Below, one piece after another: positions 35,651 through 46,383 of a DNA stretch of 64,000 nt. Positions within the stretch are counted from its first letter, which is position 1, and every line of letters starts with the position of its first letter. The translations under genes and the position numbers were made by a program. The notes beneath the pieces are model-generated. The model saw only the letters and a list, made by a program, of their open reading frames with translations. It was not told the origin of the DNA and made no database searches. The stretch is from Utricularia gibba (lineage: Eukaryota > Plantae > Magnoliophyta). The stretch is from positions 5,704,001 through 5,768,000 of the forward strand of contig CM007990.1 in assembly GCA_002189035.1 (NCBI GenBank), read 5' to 3'.

Positions 35651-36359
35651 TTATATCTCACTCAGGGTCTTGATCCTCCGTTCCGGGTTTAGAGGAAACA
35701 GCTGCAATGTCCGCCGTTGATCTTCATCCTCTTCAAGGTGTGGCGCGGATTTGCTGCTGTGTTTCATGAACTCCTGCGGTTCACACTTTCTCTTGCTCAA
35801 GTTTGCCTCTGCTTCTTCCTACGAAATTCGGGATGAGCATGGAATTTATTTACGTGTATACGTGAGACTGTAAAAAAGGTTATCACCTTTGTGAAGTTAC
35901 CGACGTCGTGCTGCAGCTTCTGTTTCAACTTCTGTCGCTCGCGCGCTTTGTGATTCTGAAACCAGTAGAACACGTTTTTACCTTCAATCCTGCCGTACTT
36001 GCTCAGCTCCCGAGCTATGTGCTCTATCTGCTCCGCCGTCGGCGTCCTCATTCCGCCGTGATAAAGCCTTTCCAGGATTCCGATCTGCTCGTGCGTCGGA
36101 TTCCATCGCGTTCCCCCTGAAGAGGCCCAATTCAAAGGCACGATTAGTTTCATTTTGCATGAGCATGCACAAAGATGGGACATACCTGTGGAGGTTCCTT
36201 GTTGGGAAGACTAGTGACCTCTCCCTTTCCCTGCGCCGCGCCCTTCCTGATGAAGCTCTTCATATCGCCGGCTGTTGCGAGACGCCGGAGACGCTTGCAT
36301 CCAACACCGAGAGGGAGTGCCGCCGGGGGTTCATGCTCCCATAGCCTGCCCAGCTTCAT
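35651..36359 (-). CDS. WOX4: WUSCHEL-related homeobox 4-like, 3 exons, with an apparent 1-nt phase error at the exon 2 acceptor
   Basis: WOX4-type N-terminus WEHEP...GCKRLR; homeodomain [16 protein letters not shown]...[20 protein letters not shown]; WUS box TLQLFPL. Confidence 0.92.
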
Positions 36360-38839
36360 GGCTTCAACTTCAATCGGCAACATCATCGAACAGAGGCGAT
36401 CGTGGCATAGAAAGCTGACGGGTAGGAGAAGAAAATGATGAAGGAAGACCAAATGATGAGCTTTTAGTTGACCTGGGAATGCACAAGAGGGGGAATGAAT
36501 GAAGAAGAGTTCGGCATGTATGTACTATAAAGCTGCACAACTCCCAGTAGCTTTTCAATCATGCATATTCATTCATATTGCCCCCCCCCCCCCCCCCCCT
36601 CCCTCAAAAGGCTTCCTTTGTTAATACACAGTCACACAGTTGATCATCGTACGATCTCTGTTTGTTCTTCTGTGTGGTTGGGGTTGGGGACTGATCACCT
36701 ACGAGCTTAAGACCACAGTGCAGAACTACATCGAAAGCCTGAAAAGGGGAGAGTTAAAAGAGACTTCTGATGCCCAGATCTCTATTCTGCACTCAACTAA
36801 TGGTGCAAGTGAGGAAAATTAAAGGAATCCCCAGTTTCACATACTCACATAATCCTTGTATTCAGCACAAAGTTTTCCTGGTTCCATGATGACATGTCCT
36901 GTTTTTGGTTGGTTGCGCCCACGCCATGGAGCTCCTTCGCCTGCCCACTTTTACATCAGAGATTCAAACAAACGAAGCCCTTTCTGCCATCCCCACAAAC
37001 CCCACATCCCGATTCCTTGTTGTTCCCAAGGATTCTCACAGACAAACACGATGAACAACAGTCAAAACAATAATTGCTGTGCGAAAATATTTGCAACACA
37101 TTGAATTCGATAGGAGCCCTGGAACCTGGAAACCCTGCGAAGCAGCCAAGAGAGCAGTGAGGTTCTGTAGCAATTCTCCGGTGGCTCTGGTTTTCACTGC
37201 CTTGAAACGGTAAATAAACCAACCAATGATTACGCCCACGTCCCACGTCAATCTGTCCCCCACCCTTCTCGGAAACTGCAACTCCCAACATTCCCCCGAA
37301 CCGACCCACCTCACCCTCCTTGGAATTCAACGCCGGCTTTTCGGAAATTTACCGATGCCTTAAACTATGGTTTAATCAAGATTTACAGCACTTGGCTCCT
37401 GGACACCGGACCGGACACCCACCTCCGGCCTGCCCTTCCTCATCGCCGTCAAAACGAAGGCCATCCAACAATACCTTTCAATTCGAATTCCATCACGTGG
37501 CAAATCGCGCCACGTGCGTGTCCTCCGGTAAGCATTCCTTGAACTAAGATGTGTAATAAAAGTGAAACCTCGTAGCACCATCATTGCCATTGCCTAGACC
37601 GAGTGCCACCATGAGGGAAGGGTGTGGGTGGCGCTCAACTAATCATTTTTATTCCCTTTGCTTCCCCTCACATTTTTTAATATTTTATTACTATTTATCC
37701 ATTTAATATTATTAATTTTTTAGTCGTACATCTAAATATTTCATTTTAAAAAATAACATTAATAATAAAATATGGTTCTAGTAAATATGTATTTATATAA
37801 TACACACACACACACACAAAAATAGATTTATTGTTTTATTTAAAAATTTGTACCCACCAATCATATATTTTTGTACGGAAACAAAAGTGAGTTATTCTTT
37901 CTTTACACAGTGTTGACTCCGGTCTGGGGGACGACATCCAGATCCAGCTTTTCTGCTTTCTCTTTTCCACTACCGGTTGGCGTGCTTCGCCATGGCTCGA
38001 GATCTGATGTAGGGTTTGGAAAATCAACACACAAATAATAATGCCATCGGTGTGGCGTAGCAGCGTCGCAGTGGCTAGTGATCAGAACCACCACATGGGC
38101 GTGGCGGCGACGGGAGGGTAGTGCCGAGCTTATGTCGATTTAAGTCAGTTAAAAATGTTTTGAATTCCTCATCATGAGCCCAGCGCCACCGCCCTCATCT
38201 TCTCCGGCGTCTTCAAATTTCAAGCCGCCCAGTAACCGGTTCCCCGTAAATTTCTAAACCCCCCGCCGGACCGGTCCGCCGGTAGCGAGCCCACAGATTT
38301 TGGGTTTGGAGAGTGGAAACCCATGTTAGCAACTTGCCCTTCAAATAAAAAAATATTTAACAGATCAGAATCGATTAGAAATATTTCCATATGTATCTTC
38401 TTTAAATAATATATGCATTTATTCATAGAAATATATTAATTTGATACATATTACATAATTAAATTTATATAAAAATATCTATTTAAAAATAAAAAGCTGC
38501 AAAAACTTTTTATTTCTATCTTAACGGATAGTTGATTATAAATTTGCAAGTGTATTGTTAGGGTCCAGCCTAAATAACAGTGAAACCAAAATCCCATATC
38601 GATGTAATAGAATAATAGTATATATAGAGAGACTTTTTGTAATTTTGAACGAATCCTTTTATTGGAATTTACAAGACGTAAAAGCGTAATATTTGGGAAC
38701 TTTGTTTGTTGCACTCAAACGGAAAGGTAGAAAGTAACTGTAACAAACGGAGGACGAGTGACGGTGACTACAGTTTTATACATGCAGCTTAAGCTCAATT
38801 ATGGCGATCTCTGCAGAGACGAGGACCAACCCGATTCTG

Positions 38840-39253
38840 CTAATGATCCTCGGGATCATCTTCCGGGCTCGGGTACTCGTTCAAATCGGGTTTCGGAGCT
38901 GCTCGGGACGGCGGCGTAGAGTAAAGCGCGTCGACCATGGTACCCACTTCGGTGGCCTTCTTCCTTATGGCAGCGGCGGAGAGATCCATCGGAGGGGCGT
39001 CGTCGAGGACGTGTTCCGGGAAATTGAGGCGGGCGGTGGGGCCCCTGAGGTAGAACAAGGCGGTGTCGTAAGCGCGGGCGGCGGCGATGGGAGAGGAGTA
39101 GGAGCCCAGCCAGATGCGGGTCCTCTTGTTGGGTTCCCGGATCTCGGCGACCCATTTTCCCCACTTCCGCATCCGGATGCCGCGGTAGATCTTCCCCGAG
39201 TGGTGCTTCCCTTTCCCGACCGCCGAGCCCGACGGAGGTGAAGCAGATTCCAT
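38840..39253 (-). CDS. AP2/ERF DREB A-5 (DEAR, RAP2.1/RAP2.10-like) repressor with EAR motif, intronless
   Basis: [30 protein letters not shown]...[36 protein letters not shown] and EAR motif PDLNEYP. ATG at 39253. Confidence 0.95.
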   Translation of the reverse strand: MESASPPSGSAVGKGKHHSGKIYRGIRMRKWGKWVAEIREPNKRTRIWLGSYSSPIAAARAYDTALFYLRGPTARLNFPEHVLDDAPPMDLSAAAIRKKATEVGTMVDALYSTPPSRAAPKPDLNEYPSPEDDPEDH

Positions 39254-40506
39254 GCGAGTGCAGTGAAATTCGGATCTAGGGTTCGACGGCGGCTGCAGCG
39301 GCGGCGGCGGCGGCGGCGGCGGTACCCTTGATCCAAGTAAACCAACCAACCCAACTCGTCGTCTAGTTTTAGTTTTTGATACGCCCATTTCCACAAATAT
39401 AACAAGGAAGCTTCCATTTCAAAGCCACCCTTAATTGTACACTTTTCTTAAACAATTAATAAATCCAACCAATTAACCAATGTTGATAACAAAAATAATA
39501 TATTAAAAGACATATTAATATTTATTTTATTTAAATACACTCCGAATTTATGTTTCACAACAAATCAATAATATTCATAAGAAAAAAAACATTTTTAGAA
39601 AATGTTGGGGATGATGATGCTGACTAAAAGCGTCCAGCTCACCCAAAGATAGGGATGGATATATGCTTAGATAATATTTATTTTAGTTAATTACAAAAAA
39701 TAAATAATATCCCGCCATAATTGACATTAATTCACATGGGCCACCACAACACCATGCAGGCGTGGATAGAACATGAGACCTTGCAATTAAAAATCTGATT
39801 TTGGAATTAAAATTAAAAAATTTACAATCTAATTATAAACATAAATAATTATATTTTATTATTAGATGTAAATTTAAAGACTGGCAGTCTGGCATGAACA
39901 CACGGACTTAATTGGGCCTTTCATGTGAAAACCCATTAACATATATGGGCTGTAAGTAATCCTCCAGCCCACCATAGTGTTTTAGGGTATGGGCCTTGGG
40001 CTAGTTTCATTGGCGAACTAGTAAATTTGCTTGAAATAATTACACGTGGATTAATTAGTTTTTTTAAAAAAAATTATGGATTTAATTTATTCCAATAATT
40101 TTATTTATTTTTAAATAAATTAAAATAATATTTAAAGGTAGATTGATAAAGAGCACGTGGAAGAATCTTGACGAGACGGGGAGTGGAATCTAGGACCCAG
40201 CAATGAGGGTATCTTTCCGTATATTCCAAAACATTGAGTTGTCCACGCCCGCCATCACCACTAGATTCTTTTTTTCGATTTATTTATTTATTTTGTTTAA
40301 ATTTATAGCGATTTTTTTGAACATTCCTTAGTGGGTATTTATTTATTTGTTGTCGGACCTGAAAATCGTTCAAGCCCACCATGGAATTAATTACAACGAT
40401 TTCGAATCCGCTGGCGCCTATAAAAATGCGAGGGCGATCACTGGGAATCTTGCGCCACACATTTTACGACGAAGCGGAGGTTTGGCGGTGAGGTGGCGCT
40501 AGGAGG

Positions 40507-41894
40507 ATGGGCGGTTGGGCTATAGCGGTTCATGGAGGCGCCGGTGTGGATCCGAATCTTCCGATGGAGCGACAGGAGGAGGCCAAGAGGCTCCTCACTC
40601 GTTGCTTAAACCTTGGCATTGCCGAACTCTCCTCCTCCGCGTCCGCAATCGACGTCGTCGAAATTATCGTACGCCGTCTCTTAATTTACTGAATTGTATC
40701 TCTAATCGTCACCGAATCGCACGCCGATTTGATCCATGAAAACCTCTTCTTCTCCGTGATTTCCGGATGCGTAGGTTCGGGAGTTGGAAACTGATCCATT
40801 TTTCAATTCCGGCCGTGGATCTGCTCTGACTGAGAAAGGAACGGTCGAGATGGAGGCGAGCATCATGGACGGCCGAGGGAGGAGGTGTGGCGCCGTGTCC
40901 GGGGTGACGCGTGTCAAAAATCCTGTCTCTCTTGCGAGGCTCGTTATGGAAAAATCGCCACACTCTTACCTCGCCTTCTCCGGCGCAGAGGAGTTCGCGA
41001 AACTTCAGGTACAGGACACATCAACAATTGACAATCAACGTAACTGAATCGGAACTGGGACTCAAATTGGTAATATTCAAAATTCCAAGGACCAAAATGG
41101 TAGTATATAGTAAATGGAAACTCGCTAAACACGTGATTTAATTATTATTATTAAAAACACACACATATATATAGAAACAACACATTTGATTTCATATATT
41201 TTTAATTAGCATCTAATCTCAATTATGCCCCCTCTAGGGTGTTGAGATGGCTGATAACAAGTACTTCATCACCGAGGACAATGTCGGCATGCTGCGATTG
41301 GCAAAGGAGGCTAATTCTATTCTGGTGAGCGGCATTTTCTATGAACTGTGTATGATCGACTTCTCCATGGTAACCCAATTCCTTCTCCTTCAGTTCGATT
41401 ACAGAATCCCCACCGTGGGAATCGAGTCTTGCGGCGTGGAGGTGAAATCGCCGGTGATGATGAACGGCCTTCCGATCTCTGCCTACGCGCCAGAGACGGT
41501 TGGCTGCGTCGTGGTCGACAGTCAAGGAAACTGTGCAGCCGCCACATCCACCGGTGGACTCATGAACAAAATGACGGGCAGAATCGGGGACTCGCCGCTG
41601 ATCGGCGCCGGCACCTACGCCTGCGACATCTGCGCCGTGTCCTGCACCGGAGAAGGGGAGGCCATCATCCGAGGTACCCTGGCTCGTGATGTGGCTGCTG
41701 TGATGGAGTACAAGGGGCTTGGCCTCCAGGCTGCAGTAGATTTCGTGATCAAGAACCGGCTCGACGAAGGCAAGGCCGGCCTCATTGCGGTGGCGAGCAA
41801 TGGAGAAGTGGCTTGCGGATTCAATTCTGTGGGCATGTTTAGAGGGTGTGCCACTGAGAAAGGATTCATGGAAGTTGCTATCTGGGAATCCTAG
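40507..41894 (+). CDS. ASPGB: Isoaspartyl peptidase/L-asparaginase (ASPGB1-like), 4 exons
   Basis: [42 protein letters not shown], nucleophile [37 protein letters not shown]. Confidence 0.96.
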
Positions 41895-42007
41895 TAGTAA
41901 CCTAACAATGTGCTTGTGCTTCCTAAAACGGTTTCAGATAAATGAGCTTCTTCAGTAACACCATTCCCAAAGGGATTGTGAAATAGCAGCAGCATCATAT
42001 CCCAAGT

Positions 42008-44482
42008 TCAAGCATCCCGAGAAGCAGCCGTCTGTGGTTTGAAGTAACTGTTCGAATGGAAGAACACGGTTTCGTTGCCCTGGAGAAACCTGGATTTCTT
42101 TTGTTAAGGCCACAACACAGGGGGGCTGTATGAGTGTTCACTGAAAAAGATGACCACCAATCTCCTAAGGATTACCTGAGGAAATCCGTGCACCTTTGGT
42201 GGAGCTCCACCAGGGTCTCTGTTTTGGTCTGGATACCGAACAGCAGCTCCGGCATTTTCACTAAGAATCAATGAACTCTCTTTACAAACCACATGGAAAA
42301 GGCTAACGGAGTCAACTAACTGCTCGTCTGTGATGAAGCTTTGAAAAAACCAGACAAAAAATGAGTTACTAATCATCAACAGGTTCGTATGAGCTTGTGC
42401 TTCAAACTTCTCTACTCAACAGCAGCTTATGTGAAGCAAGGAGACAGAGAGAGCCTATACATTTTCTGCTTACCGATCAGTCGTAACAAATGACAGGCAC
42501 CGTACACGGTGGAAGGATGAGAGCAACTAGCAGCCACATCTTCGTATTGTTGGCGTTCTTGTTTGTAGAGAAGGATCATCGGTAGCGCCTTGTCGAAAAG
42601 GGAATGCATTCCATTCACCATCTCTGCAACCCCTTCAGCTATCCTTCATATGCGGTGGAGGAACACTGGAAAGTGGTGAGCTAATGGCAGTCATTTTGAT
42701 ACGAATCTGGAAGCAGAAGATTTGAGTTACCGGCCTTCCTTTTTCACTTGGTGATCTAAATATTTGTTTAGTATCTCCTCAACCGTGGGGGAGCATGGAA
42801 GCCTGAGTAGCTGTAGAAAGGATGGGAAGCTAAAGATGAAGGAACCATACTGTATGTGAAGCAGGTGTTAAATCAGAAGGTCATTATTTACCAGGCCTTG
42901 ATGAGTTATCCAATCACTGTCATCAACCAACTGCGTCTTCAAGGTTGGTGGAATGAGAAAGTTGATAAGTTTATCCGATTGAAACTGCCAATAAAAAGGC
43001 TTGAACTTCACTAAGAGACTGTGAAAACTGGCATATTAAAGAAAAGCATAACTACACAAGAAAACTAGGCTGTTCCCTCTTTCCCTTTTGGCTAATGCCT
43101 CATAGTTATAATGAGTTTTTTTACCTCCTCCATATGGGTTTACAGGCTTGCTCCACTCAAACCAGAAACTTTTTGCTTGAGTAGAGGACGTGCACTTGAT
43201 ACAGGATGGCAGAAAAATATTCTAACACATAGGTCTTTCGAATCTGGAAATTGTAAGTTGAAAATAAGTACAGGATTATACCTTTTCAAAATCTTCATGT
43301 TTGCGCTTCTTGCCTGTGACAGCAACCAAGTCAAGCTTTGGTTCAGGAATATCTCTTGAACCATAGAAATGGATCCAGGAGACATTCACATAAAGCCAGG
43401 TTTCATTGTTTTCATAAGCATCATTTCATTACTAATGAAGTCAATAAATAATGAGGAGGCATTCAGAGTCACTTTAGAAAAGTGATGGCAACAGATTTGT
43501 GGTTATACCCTGCAATTGACGTTGAACCCTTGCCAACTCATGCCTTTTCATTATCTTCATTTGCATATCAATGTTCTCCTCGGTGCGTTTTAACAGTTTG
43601 TCGCCTTCCAGCCATTCATCCCAACTGTTGAAAACCAAAGGAAGAAGAAAATTTCTAGCATTTTATGAAGATGATGATATAAAAGGCTGAACGCATTGCC
43701 AATGCATATTCGGTAAGTCAATAGTTGAAGGAAATGCCCCAGGACTTCCTAAAATCCAGATTCAAACCTAAGACACGGTAATTTTGACAAATGAGAAGAT
43801 TATCTTTCTGTTAAGTCTAACTCTCTAAGCTTATCGATTTCAGACGAACAGGGTAAATGAGGTAGGCTTACTTCTTGTTCCAACCCTGAAAGAAAAACAA
43901 AGGAGCATACAATTAGGAGGATCAGATTCAAAGCCTTTTTTGTTGACTTGAAACTCGACAAAATAATCTTTTTTTTTTTTTGCATATTCTGCCACAGTCA
44001 TGACCGCAATCAGAAACAGATTCTCAGATAGCGTGATCAACATGTGTAGTTAGAATTTTGGGCATCATACTCACAGGATAATGAACAAAGTACCTCCATT
44101 CCCCCTTGCAAAGCTCGGCCTTCTGCACCTGTAAGCAGAGATAAACCTGTAGGAGGCTGAATCAAAAGATAATGCACTAAGCTCGGCAAAACATCAATAA
44201 AGATAATGTATCAGAAGCATCCTTCACCAGGGGAACGACAACGAATCTAAATAAGATCAATGGAAAACGAAGAAAGACGTATGCCCTCCAAAGATCAGAA
44301 GGCAAATTTATAAATTTGCTTGCCTTGGCGTCATAGAGGCAAGTTCCATGAAAAGCAAGCACCTGTTCACCTTCTCTAAAGGAGGCTGAATCAAAAGATA
44401 CAAGCGCCGCAGCGCCGCCTCTGTCTTCAACGTCGGCGATATTCGAAGAAACGTTCATCGCCTTGGGGCTCTCAGACGGCAT
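42008..44482 (-). CDS. MRG: MORF-related gene (MRG1/MRG2-like) chromodomain histone reader, multi-exon
   Basis: Chromodomain VLAFHGTCLYDAK|VQKAE...YFVHYPGWNK.WDEW; MRG domain IPPTLKTQLVDD, LPCSPTVEEIL, FDKALPMILLYKQER, PSTVYGACHLLRL. Intron 1 has a GC donor. Confidence 0.92.
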
Positions 44483-44780
44483 ATTCCGGCGGACTTTGTA
44501 GTTAGTGTACTTCACCTTTTACCGTTTTACCCATTTTTTATTTGCTTTGGCTATTGGCGGATTTTTAATTACGGTTCCGTAAATCACAAAATTACCCCGC
44601 GATTACTCGGTAATTAATTTTCCACCCAACTGAGGAAAGTAAATAATTACAAGGTAAATTAGATCAGCCACCCACTTGAAGATTGTTTCAACGGAGGAAG
44701 AGCCTCTCCTTTGGCCAAGAGATGAAGAAGAGCATGCTTTGTCTAACATATGCAGCTTCTCTTCCTCAGGAGCATCATCC

Positions 44781-45871
44781 TCAGAAGTTCTGATCCATTG
44801 CCTCTGTTTTAACATTAGCGTCAGCCATGTTGGACCTCTAAAACTCAGAGAAGAATCATTAGATGCAAGAGAGCTGAGGTTTCATCTTAAACCAGCTACC
44901 TGCACAGCTGTGGATTGTGTCCTGATCCTGGAATTGATGCTTGTTTCGTGGGTAGAGTTGACAGCTGAACATTTGAGGAGGAGGAGCTTTTGCATTTGAA
45001 CTGGAGCATTCTTCACCTGATTCACCTCGCATCAGTTTTTGCTGCTGCGGAGAAGGATTTTCTTGGGTTAAACTCATGATTTCCTTAGAGAGGGCCAATT
45101 TCAGTTCAGTAGCCACAAAAACACATTCAACAACAAACCTGATGCTGGTGTTTTGATGCTGTCGATGATCCCACCTGGTGGTTTCCTTCATTGTTGAGGT
45201 CAAGTGTCTCGTACAGCTGATCAACGAACAAGGCTTCCATGGCTTTGAGATACAAGATATGTTTCTCATCAGTCCATTCTGAGGGCTTTGCCTCAGCCGC
45301 TTGGTAATGCTGCAGCATGTAAAAGAACGCACTTGTTCAATTATCAAGAGGGTAGGTACTATGCTTGTTCTGAGAGCAATTCCACGTCCACCCTCCTTTG
45401 AAACTCATGTAACAAAACAAGATCGCCCGATGGCAAAGAAAAACGACAAGGACATAGCTCAAAGTTTGAGTCTTTCACACAGAGGGGACAACGGCGGATG
45501 CCCCAGCAGAACAATCCGCCTTATCAAATCTCCCAAAATCCCGATACTATTTTTAAGATGACTCTCAAGTTCTGCAATCGAGATTGCAGATGCTGAAACA
45601 TCACAACCATATGACTACACGCACATTTTCAGCCCATTCTCATAGGAAAACACAAGACGCATGGTCACACCCAGAAGCACAACAAGGATAAATCATTCAT
45701 TATATCAAAGATCTAACCTTGAAAAAACAATCACGAACAAGATCAAAATCTCTAAAAACACGAACTACATTCTACCCATATTTTCGTTTCACAAGAAAAC
45801 CTCACCGTTGAGATGGGCTTCCCTTTCCTCATTTCACAACTTCTCGCGAAGGAATCCGACGAGTCTCCCAT
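44781..45871 (-). CDS. Cold-regulated COR27/COR28-like clock-associated protein; internal exon boundaries uncertain
   Basis: SEWTDEKHILYLKAMEALFVDQLY and EAMDQNF motifs; evening-element-rich promoter upstream. Confidence 0.75.
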
Positions 45872-45976
45872 ACCCAGAACACAAAATGATATTTTCGTTG
45901 CAATGCGGGGGTCCGCGCTGGTTTAGAGTGCCAGCTCGTAGGCGCTTTTGCGAAAGAAAGTCGGCGGATAATCAAT

Positions 45977-46211
45977 CACGTAGGCCACGGTCAAACTCAA
46001 GAAACCAGATATTTTGGGGTCCAAGAAATATCAGGTCATACGAAATATCTGTTCTGCCCTGGTCCACCCATCCCCATCTTTCACCATCGACCACTTCACT
46101 TGTGATATTTTATTACACGATATTTTTTTCTCCTCCCCATCGATTTCAATGCACATACGCTGTTGATATTTGTCTTTTTTTATATAAAAAAAATTTAAAA
46201 ATCTGATATTT
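45977..46211 (-). promoter_or_regulatory. Evening element (EE) cluster plus an ACGT core upstream of the COR27-like gene
   Basis: AGATATTTT (reverse complement of AAAATATCT) at 46007-46015, AAATATCT at 46043-46050, EE-like variants at 46026-46033, 46103-46111 and 46118-46126, CACGTA at 45977-45982. Confidence 0.75.
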
Positions 46212-46383
46212 GTTCAAATTCCTGGTTCTTTTGCGCTTGAATCAGCAACCATGTCGAGTTTTGGTTCAGGGAAGTGGATAAAGGAGACATTCAGAGGTCA
46301 AGTTTCTGTTTTTTTTGTGAAGAAAATTCATTGTATCTTACAAAAAGATATGTATTTTTCAGCACTTGCATCTGCAACCCATA

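Noticed and set aside
45661-46206. 181-aa plus-strand ORF
   Set aside because: Runs antisense over the COR27-like intron, first exon and EE-rich promoter; no recognisable motif; treated as chance.
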